Below are positions 1-9,447 of a DNA stretch of 64,000 nucleotides, in pieces. The position numbers and the translations under genes are program-made. Every line of letters starts with the position of its first letter. Position 1 is the stretch's first letter. The stretch is taken from contig JAEWHO010000030.1 in assembly GCA_023387755.1 (NCBI GenBank), positions 3,802 to 67,801 on the forward strand. Direction: 5' to 3'. The notes under the pieces are model-generated. The model was given only the letters and a program-made list of their open reading frames with translations. It did no database searches and had not been told where the DNA came from. Source of the stretch: Actinomycetes bacterium. GTDB lineage: Bacteria > Actinomycetota > Actinomycetes > Actinomycetales > Actinomycetaceae.

Positions 1-1073
1 AGACGACGGCGCGCCACCGCAATCGCATCCATCCGAGCGACGGTAGCCGCCAGCGTGCTGTCTAATGCCAATTGCCGAATCTCACGCTCAACATCGGCGT
101 TAATGAACGGCGTATCACCGCCCACCTGGGCGATGGCCACATCGCGATACAAGGAGAGAAGATCAACGAGGATGCGGTCGAGCATATCGCGCTCATAACG
201 GGTGGCGCGGCGTTTTTGGTCCTCTTCCAGCTGCCGCACGCGGGCGCGCACACTGGGTGGCAGGCGGGTGCCACCGTCCTCAACGCCGAGGTCTCGCAGG
301 AGCTTTTCCCGTTCCTGCTGGTTGCGCTCCTCATTGGCCTGCTGCGCATTTTCCCGCGCTGCTTCCACGAGTGCATTAGCATCACGTACCGCATCAGCCA
401 CAGACCTGACCTGTAGCGGCAGGCGCACTACGCGCTCACGCCACTGCCGGGCCTGGGGATTGCGCGCTAGCCGCCGGGCCATCCCCACATGGCATTGCGC
501 CGCCTGGGCGGCGGCTCGCGCCGTCGCCTCATCAATCCCGTCCTCCTCCACGAGCAGCCGCACCACATCCTCCAGGGGCGGGATCCGCAAACCCACGTGA
601 CGGCACCGGGAACGAATGGTGGTAATAACGTCATCCGGGGAGGGGGCGCACAGCAGCCAGACGGTACGCTCCGGGGGTTCCTCAATGGATTTCAGCAGCA
701 CATTGGAGGTGCGTTCCACCATGCGGTCGGCGTCCTCCATAACGATCACACGCCAACGCCCATGTGCCGGCGCTCGCTGCGCCACCCCTACGAGGTCACG
801 CACTTCCTCCATGGAAATAATGACTTTTTCGGTGGTAATCCGGGTGACGTCCGGGTGGGAGCCCGCGAGCGCGCTACGGCATTGCTGGCAGGTTCCACAC
901 CCGCCCTGGTCACATTGCAGCGCTGCCGCGAACGCCAATGCGGCCACTGACCGCCCCGATCCGGGCGGGCCGGTAAATAGCCACGCATGGGTCATGGCCC
1001 CGGGCTCGCTAAGGGCGTGGCGTAGCTGCCCGACCACTTTCTCTTGGCCGATCAGCGCATCAAAAACGCTCAT
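1..1073 (-). CDS. holB: DNA polymerase III subunit delta' (partial; 3' end lies beyond the window start)
   Basis: The reading frame is open from ATG at 1073 to position 1, so it is absent from the ORF track (no stop in window). My translation is MSVFDALIGQEKVV...HAWLFTGPPGSGRS...CGTCQQCR...TIRSRC. This shows an AAA+ clamp-loader P-loop-like box, a zinc module and an SRC motif. The topA-tmk-holB synteny is typical of Actinobacteria. Confidence 0.85.
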   Translation of the reverse strand, partial: MSVFDALIGQEKVVGQLRHALSEPGAMTHAWLFTGPPGSGRSVAALAFAAALQCDQGGCGTCQQCRSALAGSHPDVTRITTEKVIISMEEVRDLVGVAQRAPAHGRWRVIVMEDADRMVERTSNVLLKSIEEPPERTVWLLCAPSPDDVITTIRSRCRHVGLRIPPLEDVVRLLVEEDGIDEATARAAAQAAQCHVGMARRLARNPQARQWRERVVRLPLQVRSVADAVRDANALVEAARENAQQANEERNQQEREKLLRDLGVEDGGTRLPPSVRARVRQLEEDQKRRATRYERDMLDRILVDLLSLYRDVAIAQVGGDTPFINADVEREIRQLALDSTLAATVARMDAIAVARRR

Positions 1074-1134
1074 ACGCCCTCCGCTTCTTCCTGGCTACGC
1101 CGTTGCTCGCTGGTGGCTACCCTACTTTTCCCGC

Positions 1135-1803
1135 CTACGCCTTACCGCGCTCCGGGGCGCACAGTTGCGGCAGTCGCTCCCGCAGCACGGCCTGGATTTG
1201 CGCGGTCACCTCGTCAACCGATCGGCTAGCGTCAATAATCGCAAAACGTTCCGGCTCCACCCGGGCCGCTTGCAGATAATTCGCCCGCACTCGTTCGTGG
1301 AATGCGGCCGGTTCCCGCTCTAGGCGGTCCGGCTCCCCGGTTTGGCGGGCCGCGCCGATGCGTGGATCCAGATCAAAGAGCAGCGTGAGGTCGGGCAGCA
1401 GCCCGCCGGTGGCCCACAGGGAGAGGTCCCTAATCTCAGCCGTCCCCAGTTGCCGAGCCGCGCCCTGGTAGGCCACGGAAGAGTCCAAGTACCGATCACA
1501 GACGACGACGGCGCCTCGCGCCAAGGCTGGCGCGACTACACGCTGCACATGCTCAGCGCGATCAGCGGCATACAGGAGCGCTTCGGTACGGGCGTGGATA
1601 TCTCCGGAATGCTGGATCAGCCGGCGCAGTTCCTGCCCGAGCTCCCCCTCCCCCGGTTCGAAGGTCGTCACGACCTCACGCCCGCCTGCCTCCAGGAAGG
1701 TTTTCAGTCGGGCAATCTGAGTGCTCTTACCGGCCCCGTCGCCACCTTCACAGGTGATGAAGACGCCGCCTTCTAGGGTTGGTGTCGCTCGGGAGGTGTC
1801 CAC
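1135..1803 (-). CDS. tmk: dTMP (thymidylate) kinase
   Basis: It has the P-loop FITCEGGDGAGKST and a CDRYLDSS (DRY-like) motif. The start overlaps the topA stop by 1 nt. Confidence 0.9.
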   Translation of the reverse strand: MDTSRATPTLEGGVFITCEGGDGAGKSTQIARLKTFLEAGGREVVTTFEPGEGELGQELRRLIQHSGDIHARTEALLYAADRAEHVQRVVAPALARGAVVVCDRYLDSSVAYQGAARQLGTAEIRDLSLWATGGLLPDLTLLFDLDPRIGAARQTGEPDRLEREPAAFHERVRANYLQAARVEPERFAIIDASRSVDEVTAQIQAVLRERLPQLCAPERGKA

Positions 1804-4604
1804 TATTCGTCGCCGTCCGTCGCGCTCTTCTTGGTGGCCGTCTTCTTGGCAGCCGTTTTCTTAGCAGTGGACGTTTTCGCGGCGGTTGTCTTGGCGGCTG
1901 CGGTCTTCGCCGTCGTCTTTTTCGCCGTCGTCTTCGTGGCCGTCTTCTTGGCGGTGGTCTTCTTGGCTGCCGTCTTCCGCTTGGCCGCCGTCTTTCGCTT
2001 GGCCGGGCCCTTTGCACGCTTGTCAGCGAGGAGTTCATAGGCCCGCTCAGCGGTGATCCCGTCCACGGATTCGCTGCGCGGCACGGTGACGTTGGTGGTG
2101 CCATCGGTGATATATGGCCCGAATCGGCCGTCCTTAATAACCACCGGTTTCTCGCTAGCCGGGTCGGTCCCAAGTTCCCGCAGCGGAGGTTTAGCAGTTT
2201 GGCCGCGCCGCATCTTCGGCTGGGCATAGATCTGGAGGGCTTCTTCCTCGGTGATCGTGAAGATCTGTTCCTCGCTGCTCAGGGAGCGTGAATCCGTGCC
2301 CTTCTTCAGATACGGCCCGTACCGGCCGTTTTGCGCGGTGATCTCGTTGCCCTCTGCATCCTTGCCAACTACGCGTGGCAGGCTGAGTAGCTGCAAAGCC
2401 GTATCGAGATCAACGGTTGCCAGGTTCATCGACTTAAACAGTGAGGCCGTGCGCGGCTTGGGTTTGCGTTTCGGTTTTTCTTCCGGCTCCGGCAGCACCT
2501 CGGTCACGTAGGGCCCAAAACGCCCATTCTTGGCCACAATCGTGTGACCGCTCTCGGGATCGACGCCGAGCTCACGCCCATCATCCGCGCTGGCTTCCAG
2601 CAGTTCCCGAGCCTTTTCTACCGTCAGCTCATCGGGGGCGATATCGTCCGGTACGGAGGCGCGCTTCGGCTCCTCTTTACCGTCCCCATCAACTTCCAGG
2701 TAGGGGCCGTACCGCCCCACTCGCAGGGTGATGCCGGGGGCGATATCTACCGAGTTGATAGCGCGCGCGTCAATATCCCCTAGGCCTTCGACCTGGCCTT
2801 GCAGGCCATCACCGGCTGCCTGCGGCCCAAAGTAGAAATCGGTCAACCACTGCACGCGGTCGCGTTCACCGGCGGCAATTTGGTCTAGGTCCGATTCCAT
2901 TTCCGCGGTGAAATCGTAGTCCACCAGTCGGGGCAGGTTTTCTTCCAATAACCGCACGACGGCGAAAGCCAGCCAGGTGGGGATCAGGGCTTGCCCGCGC
3001 CGCACCACATAGCCGCGATCAGCGATCACACTCATGGTGGCGGCATAGGTGGAAGGCCGCCCGATCCCGCGTTCTTCCAGTGCTCGCACCAGGGAGGCTT
3101 CAGTGTAGCGCGGTGGCGGGGTGGTGGAGTGGCCATCTGCGGACGCATCCGCCACCGTCACCGTTTGCCCCTCACTAAGGGTAGGCAGACGGCCGGAGTC
3201 GGCGTCGTCGCGCTCATGCCGGCCGGCGTCGCGGCCTTCTTCATAGACGGCCAGGAAGCCGCGGTGGGTGATGACCGTGCCGGAGGCGGAAAACTCGAGC
3301 TCCTGCCCGGAGGCCGCTACCTGCAGGCGCACGCTGGCGGTTTGCCCGAGCGCATCAGTCATCTGGGAGGCGAGGGTGCGCCGCCAGATGAGGTCATAGA
3401 GTTTCAGCTGGCTCGTCGATAGTTCTCCGGCCACCTGATCTGGGGAGCGGAAGGTGGAGCCGGCCGGGCGGATAGCCTCGTGCGCCTCCTGGGCACCTTT
3501 GGCTTTCTTCTGGTAGATCCGGGGTTTATCGGCCACATTCTTAGCGCCGAACAGTTCTTGGGCCTGCTTGCGGGCGGCCGCAATCGCCTGCCCGGACAGC
3601 GCCGAGGAGTCGGTACGCATATAGGTGATGTAACCGTTTTCGTACAGCGACTGGGCGGTGCGCATCGTCTCGCGTGCGCTCATCCGTAGTTTGCGGGAGG
3701 CCTCCTGTTGCAGAGTGGAGGTGGTGAAGGGCGCGGCCGGACGGCGCTTGTACGGTTTCGTCTCCACCGCTGCCACTCGTGCCTGCTCCTGCGCGGCAGA
3801 CAGCGCCTGCGCAATCGCGAGGGCACCGGCTTCATCTAGGACCCGGACTCCGGCCTTGGTTGCCTTGGCGCTGAGGGCGCCGTCGTCACCGAAATCCCGA
3901 CCTACGGCCAGGCGGACGCCGTCAATACTGGTGAGCCGCGCAGTAAAGTCGGGGTCGTCACTACCGGCGGTGAAGGTGGCCGTTAAGTCCCAGTAGTCGG
4001 CGGCGGTGAACGCCATCCGTTCACGTTCACGCTCCACTACCAGTCGGGTGGCGACCGATTGGACGCGCCCGGCGGAGATACCCGCCTTCACCTTGCGCCA
4101 CAGCAGGGGGGAGACTTCGTAGCCGACGAGGCGGTCTAGAATCCGGCGGGTTTCTTGGGCGTCAACCAGGCGGAGGTCCACATCCCGCGTAGCAGCCTTG
4201 GCAGCCTCGATGGCCTCCGGGGTGATCTCATGAAAGACCATCCGTTTAACCGGGACCTTCGGTTTGAGCACCTCCAGTAGATGCCAGGCAATGGCCTCCC
4301 CTTCGCGGTCCTCATCAGTGGCCAGGATGAGTTCATCGGCGTCCTTTAACTTGCGCCGCAGCTCGGTGACCTTCTTTTTCTTATCGGCGTGCACCACATA
4401 GTAGGGGTCGAAGCCATTATCGACGTCGACGGCGAAACGACCGTAGGACCCCTTCTTCATATCCGCCGGAAGCTCGGATGGTTGGGGTAGGTCCCGAATG
4501 TGTCCCACCGATGCTTCCACCACGTAGTCGCTGCCCAAATACTGGCCGATCGTGCGCGCTTTCGCGGGCGATTCGACGATCACGAGTGAACGGGTCTGTG
4601 ACAC
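1803..4604 (-). CDS. topA: DNA topoisomerase I (type IA) with Lys/Ala/Thr-rich C-terminal tail
   Basis: The product is 933 aa. It has a TOPRIM N-terminus (LVIVESPAKA) and an active-site region YITYMRTDS. There are no Cys4 zinc fingers. The C-terminus is made of AKKT-type repeats. Confidence 0.95.
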   Translation of the reverse strand: MSQTRSLVIVESPAKARTIGQYLGSDYVVEASVGHIRDLPQPSELPADMKKGSYGRFAVDVDNGFDPYYVVHADKKKKVTELRRKLKDADELILATDEDREGEAIAWHLLEVLKPKVPVKRMVFHEITPEAIEAAKAATRDVDLRLVDAQETRRILDRLVGYEVSPLLWRKVKAGISAGRVQSVATRLVVERERERMAFTAADYWDLTATFTAGSDDPDFTARLTSIDGVRLAVGRDFGDDGALSAKATKAGVRVLDEAGALAIAQALSAAQEQARVAAVETKPYKRRPAAPFTTSTLQQEASRKLRMSARETMRTAQSLYENGYITYMRTDSSALSGQAIAAARKQAQELFGAKNVADKPRIYQKKAKGAQEAHEAIRPAGSTFRSPDQVAGELSTSQLKLYDLIWRRTLASQMTDALGQTASVRLQVAASGQELEFSASGTVITHRGFLAVYEEGRDAGRHERDDADSGRLPTLSEGQTVTVADASADGHSTTPPPRYTEASLVRALEERGIGRPSTYAATMSVIADRGYVVRRGQALIPTWLAFAVVRLLEENLPRLVDYDFTAEMESDLDQIAAGERDRVQWLTDFYFGPQAAGDGLQGQVEGLGDIDARAINSVDIAPGITLRVGRYGPYLEVDGDGKEEPKRASVPDDIAPDELTVEKARELLEASADDGRELGVDPESGHTIVAKNGRFGPYVTEVLPEPEEKPKRKPKPRTASLFKSMNLATVDLDTALQLLSLPRVVGKDAEGNEITAQNGRYGPYLKKGTDSRSLSSEEQIFTITEEEALQIYAQPKMRRGQTAKPPLRELGTDPASEKPVVIKDGRFGPYITDGTTNVTVPRSESVDGITAERAYELLADKRAKGPAKRKTAAKRKTAAKKTTAKKTATKTTAKKTTAKTAAAKTTAAKTSTAKKTAAKKTATKKSATDGDE

Positions 4605-4787
4605 GGGGCTTCCTTAGGTACGTCAATTGTGTGGTGGAACCAGCGGTTCCTACGCCTGGGCGAGAATACGCCCACCCAGCCATATTAAGAGTAGTGCCAG
4701 AATACGCGCTGTTTCGCAAAACGAAACGCGCCGATCCACCGCTACTACCGCATACCCTACACACCCCCACGGCCCTCCTCACCCTCT

Positions 4788-4809
4788 TTATTCACAGGGT
4801 TTATTCACA
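4788..4809 (+). promoter_or_regulatory. Two direct TTATTCACA repeats (match to DnaA-box consensus TTATNCACA) upstream of topA
   Basis: TTATTCACA occurs at 4788-4796 and again at 4801-4809. A third near-match (CTGTCCACA on the minus strand) lies at 4846-4854. The region is intergenic, about 185-250 nt upstream of the topA ATG. Confidence 0.35.
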
Positions 4810-4876
4810 ACCGTGTGCACAGGAACGGCTTTATGCCCCTCCCTTTGTGGACAGTTCCGAAACGCTCCGATTAGAC

Positions 4877-4906
4877 GCACGTTTTCCGCATGATTTCGCG
4901 GAAAAC
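4877..4906. repeat. Palindromic element copy A (CGTTTTCCGC-ATGATTTC-GCGGAAAACG)
   Basis: It is a perfect 10-bp inverted repeat with an 8-nt spacer. The core TTTTCCGCATGaTTtCGCGGAAAA is 22/24 identical to the element at 29891-29930. It lies downstream of the CPBP gene stop and upstream of topA. Confidence 0.6.
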
Positions 4907-4987
4907 GCGATTAAAGGTTAGAGCGTCAATTCACGGGTGTGCCGGTGTGCTCTACTGCGGAACGCCGAAGTTATCCACCGCACCGCG

Positions 4988-5974
4988 TTATGTGTGGGCA
5001 ATCGCACGGGTCGGTGCGCGGAACTCTCCGCGCCACCAGATCACAGCCACGAGCAGTGCGGGTACGATCCACCCGCAAACGCCAAGAATCGTGGCGCGAG
5101 TCGTGTCGATAGCGGCCACCGGGGTGTGAGCTAGTACCAGAGCCAAGCCGGCTGAGGCGTTAAGTGCCCCATGCCCGACGGCTGCCGGCCACACGCTGCC
5201 ACTGCGTAAGCGCACCCAATACAGCAGTGCTCCAATGAGGGTACACATTCCAACCATGGCTCCGGCTGCCGCCAGCGGCGTCGCTCCCGGATAGTTATAG
5301 CCCAGCAGCAGCAAGGGCAGGTGCCACAGCCCCCACAGCACCCCGCTAATGAGGATCGTGGGGGCAGTGCCAAGCGTGGCTAGCTGAGGCATGAGCCAGC
5401 CACGCCACCCGATCTCCTCCCCCAGAGCAGGCAGAATATTGAGCAGCGAAAAGAAGATTACCGAGATTACTTGGGCAAAAAGAATCTCGTGCATGGTGGC
5501 CATCTGAGAGGTGTCCTGCCCGGTGATCAGCGCCTCAGCTAAGACGATCTCCCGTAAGCCGGATAGCTCAGCAAGATCGAAACGGTAGACCCCGCATAGC
5601 GCAGAGGTTCCCAAGGCTGCCACCACCAGCAGAATCATCCCGAGCCAGGCGAGCACAAACCAGAAGAAGAACCGTTTATAGGGCGGGCGCACCAGGATAC
5701 CGAGCCGAGCCCAAGCATCCTTGAGGGGAATCTTCTGCACCCATAGGCTCACCACCACCGCCGCGATCATGGGGGTGGTCATCATGGCCACCAGGATGGG
5801 AGTTAAGAATCCGTGGGCCAGCCCCTGCCCAGAGGTGTAGAGCGGCAGAGCGATCAGCCAGGATGAGCCGTAGGCGACCGCCACGAAGATCGCTACCGGC
5901 AGCCACAGGTCGCGGCCTGTACGCTCCGGCTGGCGCGGCTGGGCCGCGCCAGCGCCGTCGTCGGGAGTGCTCAT
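4988..5974 (-). CDS. CPBP family intramembrane glutamic endopeptidase (CAAX protease/Abi-like)
   Basis: It is polytopic. It carries the EEIGWRG (EExxxR), LWHLP and GHGALN motifs characteristic of the CPBP family. Its start overlaps the purQ stop by 4 nt. Confidence 0.8.
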   Translation of the reverse strand: MSTPDDGAGAAQPRQPERTGRDLWLPVAIFVAVAYGSSWLIALPLYTSGQGLAHGFLTPILVAMMTTPMIAAVVVSLWVQKIPLKDAWARLGILVRPPYKRFFFWFVLAWLGMILLVVAALGTSALCGVYRFDLAELSGLREIVLAEALITGQDTSQMATMHEILFAQVISVIFFSLLNILPALGEEIGWRGWLMPQLATLGTAPTILISGVLWGLWHLPLLLLGYNYPGATPLAAAGAMVGMCTLIGALLYWVRLRSGSVWPAAVGHGALNASAGLALVLAHTPVAAIDTTRATILGVCGWIVPALLVAVIWWRGEFRAPTRAIAHT

Positions 5975-6777
5975 CGAGTTTCGAGGAGGGTGGCTACCAG
6001 CGAGTGGAAGAACCCGGCGCCGTCAGTGCCGGTGCGTGGGCCGAGGGGGCCGTCGGGCCCGTAGCCGGCTTCCACCGCGTGTTCGGGGTGCGGCATGAGT
6101 CCGACGACGTTGCCCGCCTCATTGCATATCCCGGCAATATCATTGACCGACCCGTTCGGGTTGAAGCCTTGGTAGCGGAAGACGACGCGGCCCGCCTCCT
6201 CCAGCTCGCGCACGGTTGCCTCATCGGCCACGTACTGGCCCTCCCCGTTTTTCAGCGGGATGGTGATGGTCTGGCCGGCGCTGAATGAGCGGGTGAAGGG
6301 GGTGCCGGCGTTGTCCACGCGCAGCTGCTGGTCGCGGCAAATGAAATGCTGGTGGTCATTGCGCACCAGAGCCCCGGGCAGCAGGTGGGATTCACACAGG
6401 ATCTGGAATCCGTTGCAGATCCCGAGCACCGGCATACCGCCGCGGGCGGCGTCCACGATCGCGTCCATAATGGGCGCGAAGCGCGCGATCGCGCCGCAGC
6501 GCAGGTAGTCGCCGTAGGAGAAGCCGCCCGGCAGGATGACGGCATCGATCTCGGCTACCGAATCATCGGCATGCCACAGCGGCACCGCCTGGGCGCCGGT
6601 TAGGCGTACGGCCCGCAACGCGTCTTGATCGTCGAGGGTTCCGGGAAAGGTAACCACGCCAATCCGCAGCGCCGCGACGGCTTGCTCATCAAAGGAGGCA
6701 TCCTGGTTCAGGGCCATGTTGGTGGTTACGGGAGCGTCAAGATCCAGACCGCTCAAATCGGTTGCGGATGCACACAT
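5971..6777 (-). CDS. purQ: Phosphoribosylformylglycinamidine synthase, glutamine amidotransferase subunit PurQ
   Basis: It has the class I GATase motifs GICNGFQ (nucleophile Cys) and MPHPE. The ATG at 6777 overlaps the purS stop (TAATG). An alternative start is the ATG at 6717. Confidence 0.9.
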   Translation of the reverse strand: MCASATDLSGLDLDAPVTTNMALNQDASFDEQAVAALRIGVVTFPGTLDDQDALRAVRLTGAQAVPLWHADDSVAEIDAVILPGGFSYGDYLRCGAIARFAPIMDAIVDAARGGMPVLGICNGFQILCESHLLPGALVRNDHQHFICRDQQLRVDNAGTPFTRSFSAGQTITIPLKNGEGQYVADEATVRELEEAGRVVFRYQGFNPNGSVNDIAGICNEAGNVVGLMPHPEHAVEAGYGPDGPLGPRTGTDGAGFFHSLVATLLETR

Positions 6778-7034
6778 TAGCGCTGGTCCTCGCTGACGTA
6801 CACGCCCACGACGTCTTCAATGACGGGGTTTGACAGGGTGGTGGCAGCAACCTCACGGGCGTGCTCCAAGTGTTCGTCGGTGACGTCCCCGTCCACCGTC
6901 AGCTCGAAACGCCGCCCCTGCCGTACCGCGGTGAATAGGGAGTCACCGGCGCGGTTGAGGGCACCGTGAATGGCCTTGCCCTGGGGATCGAGAATCTCCG
7001 GCTTGGGCATAACTTCCACAATGATCCGACCCAT
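6777..7034 (-). CDS. purS: Phosphoribosylformylglycinamidine synthase subunit PurS
   Basis: The product is 85 aa, which is PurS-sized. It sits immediately upstream of purQ and is translationally coupled to it. Confidence 0.85.
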   Translation of the reverse strand: MGRIIVEVMPKPEILDPQGKAIHGALNRAGDSLFTAVRQGRRFELTVDGDVTDEHLEHAREVAATTLSNPVIEDVVGVYVSEDQR

Positions 7035-7126
7035 TGTTCCTCTTTCGTTTGGCGTCCAGCACTCACCCTAATGGGTTGGGGGTGGCAGAACTAGACTTCT
7101 TTTAAAACTGTCCTACCTGCTGGACA

Positions 7127-8032
7127 TTACAGTTCCGGGTCCTGCCCGGTCAGGCGCTGGTAGGCCTCCAGGTAGCGTTGCCGGGTGGCGTCTACGATCT
7201 CGGCGGGGAGCGCGGGTGGCGGCTCGGCTCCGGTACGGTCCCACCCGGAGGCCTGGGAGGTGAGCCAGTCACGCAAGTACTGTTTATCGAACGACGGCGT
7301 GGCCCGCCCCGGCTGCCACTCCTCGGCGGGCCAGAAGCGGGATGAATCCGGGGTGAGCACCTCATCGCCCAGAATAATGTTTTCGGCGGCGGGCTCGGGG
7401 TGCTGGCCGAATTCGAATTTCGTATCCGCCAAGATTATGCCGCGCTCGGCGGTAACGGCGGCTGCGCGCGAATACAGTTCCAGGGTCGTGTACCGCAGTT
7501 TCTCGGCGGCCTGCCTGCCCACCCGCTGAACGACCTCATCGAAGGTGATGTTCTCGTCATGCCCGCCTACGTGGGCTTTGGCGGCGGGGGTGAAGATCGG
7601 TTCGGGGAGTTGGTCGCCTTCCCGCAGGCCGTCCGGCAGGCGTACCCCGCAGATTTGGCCGGTGGCGCGGTATTCGCTGAGGGCGGCACCGGTAAGGTAT
7701 CCGCGGGCCACACACTCAATGGGGTACATGTGCAGGTGCCGGCAGATCATGGCCCGCCCACGCACCTGCTCGGGCACGTCCAAGGAGACCACATGGTGCG
7801 AGGTGAGGGCACTGAGTTGGCGAAACCACCACAGCGATAGTTGGGTGAGGATCTTGCCCTTATCCGGGATTTCAGTGGGCATGATGTGGTCGTAGGCGCT
7901 AATACGGTCCGAGGCCACCACCAGCACGACGTCCCCGTGGCTGGAAACGGAGGAGTCCTGGGGAACGTAGAGATCGCGTACTTTCCCCGAATATGTATGT
8001 GCCCAACCGTCTAAATCAAGCATGACGCCCAC
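7127..8032 (-). CDS. purC: Phosphoribosylaminoimidazole-succinocarboxamide (SAICAR) synthase
   Basis: It has the blocks YSGKVRDLY and ILADTKFEFG typical of long-form PurC. It lies in a pur gene context. Confidence 0.9.
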   Translation of the reverse strand: MGVMLDLDGWAHTYSGKVRDLYVPQDSSVSSHGDVVLVVASDRISAYDHIMPTEIPDKGKILTQLSLWWFRQLSALTSHHVVSLDVPEQVRGRAMICRHLHMYPIECVARGYLTGAALSEYRATGQICGVRLPDGLREGDQLPEPIFTPAAKAHVGGHDENITFDEVVQRVGRQAAEKLRYTTLELYSRAAAVTAERGIILADTKFEFGQHPEPAAENIILGDEVLTPDSSRFWPAEEWQPGRATPSFDKQYLRDWLTSQASGWDRTGAEPPPALPAEIVDATRQRYLEAYQRLTGQDPEL

Positions 8033-8043
8033 CTCAACTCGTC

Positions 8044-9324
8044 TTACTGCTCATCCTGCCATGTGGCGGCCGTGGTGGCTATGCCTGTCCGCGAATAATC
8101 TGCGGCAATATCGCGCCGGTAGTGGCTGCCGGCTAGCTGTATGCGTTCAAGGATGCCGTAGGCGTGAGCGCGGGCGGATTCGACGTCGTCGCCGCTACCA
8201 ACGACCCCCAAAACCCGGCCGCCGGCGCTAACGAGTGCACCATCCTTCCAGGCGGTTCCGGCGTGACGCAGGTGCGGGTCGGCGGCGTCGATTCCGGTGA
8301 TCGGGTCTCCGAGGGTGGGGGTGGCAGGGTACCCGGCGGCGGCGAGTACGACGACGACGGCCGCGCCATCGCGCCAGCGCGGAGCGGGTTGGCTGGCCAG
8401 GGTGCCGGTGGCACAGGCGTGGAGCAGCTCGGCCAGGTTTGATTCCAGCATCTCTAGGACGACCTGCGTCTCCGGGTCCCCAAAACGGGCGTTAAACTCG
8501 ATGACTTTCACTCCGCCGGGCGTGATCGCAAGCCCGCAGTACAGCAATCCGCTGAAGGGGGTGCCGCTGGCGCGCATATGGTCCACGACCGGTTGGGCCA
8601 CCCGCTGCACAACCTCATCTGTGAGGCCCGCCGGCAGCCACGGTAGCGGCGTGTACGCCCCCATGCCGCCGGTGTTGGGGCCAGTGTTGCCCTCACCTAC
8701 GCGTTTGAAATCCTGCGCGGGCAGCAGGGGGATCACGGTGGTGCCGTCGGTTAAGCAGAAGAGGGAAACTTCGGGGCCGTCGAGGAATTCTTCGACGACG
8801 ACGCTCCCGCCCTGGCGGATACACGCCTCGGCATGGCTCAATGCGGCGTCTTTGTCGGTGGTGACGATGACGCCTTTTCCGGCGGCTAGGCCGTCATCTT
8901 TGACCACATAGGGGCTGCCGAATTCCCGTAGCGCGTCGTCTACCTGTTCTAGGTTCAGGCAGGTGTGGGCGGCGGCGGTGGGGACGCCGGCGGCGGCCAT
9001 GACGTTCTTGGCAAAGGACTTGGAGGCTTCTAATTCGGCGGCGGCTTTGCTGGGGCCGAAGACGGCAATACCGGCCTCGCGCAGGGCGTCGGAGACGCCA
9101 GCGACGAGCGGGGCTTCTGGGCCGATCACCACCAGGTCAATCCGGTGCTGACGGGCGGCGTCGACCACGGCGGCAGCGTTGGTAGCGTCCAGGGCGAGGT
9201 TCTGGCCGATGGTGGCGGTGCCCGGGTTTCCGGGGGCGGTGTAGAGGACGGTGGCGGGATCGCGGCGGAGGGCGACGGCGAGGGCATGTTCACGCCCGCC
9301 GGAGCCGAGGAGGAGGATTCTCAC
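8044..9324 (-). CDS. purD: Phosphoribosylamine-glycine ligase
   Basis: It is an ATP-grasp enzyme. GTG at 9324 gives the canonical N-terminus VRILLLGSGGREHAL. The ORF track extends this to 9360. Confidence 0.9.
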   Translation of the reverse strand: MRILLLGSGGREHALAVALRRDPATVLYTAPGNPGTATIGQNLALDATNAAAVVDAARQHRIDLVVIGPEAPLVAGVSDALREAGIAVFGPSKAAAELEASKSFAKNVMAAAGVPTAAAHTCLNLEQVDDALREFGSPYVVKDDGLAAGKGVIVTTDKDAALSHAEACIRQGGSVVVEEFLDGPEVSLFCLTDGTTVIPLLPAQDFKRVGEGNTGPNTGGMGAYTPLPWLPAGLTDEVVQRVAQPVVDHMRASGTPFSGLLYCGLAITPGGVKVIEFNARFGDPETQVVLEMLESNLAELLHACATGTLASQPAPRWRDGAAVVVVLAAAGYPATPTLGDPITGIDAADPHLRHAGTAWKDGALVSAGGRVLGVVGSGDDVESARAHAYGILERIQLAGSHYRRDIAADYSRTGIATTAATWQDEQ

Positions 9325-9447
9325 ACTGGCACAGTAGCCCAGATCACCCGCTCGACCCAAACGCGGGTGGATTCATACGCGGCGAGGCCGGGCCCTGCCG
9401 GACCCGGCCTCATTCACGTGGGCGCTTATGGGAGCGCGCGTTGAACT

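Noticed and set aside
616-1323. Plus-strand ORFs (72-416, 202-600, 489-950, 616-1323) at the window start.
   Set aside because: The minus strand here encodes an obvious DNA polymerase III delta' subunit, which is missing from the ORF track only because it runs off the window. The plus-strand frames have no motifs.
1748-2291. Arg-rich ORFs (159 aa on the minus strand, 170 aa on the plus strand) that look like protamine-like proteins.
   Set aside because: They are alternative frames of the Lys-rich repeat tail of topA. They are an artefact of the AAG/GCC repeat DNA.
4788-4854. The DnaA-box cluster considered as a chromosomal origin (oriC).
   Set aside because: There are only two or three boxes. 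There is no dnaA/dnaN context and no AT-rich unwinding element. The location between a CPBP gene and topA fits a regulatory site better, if it is functional at all.
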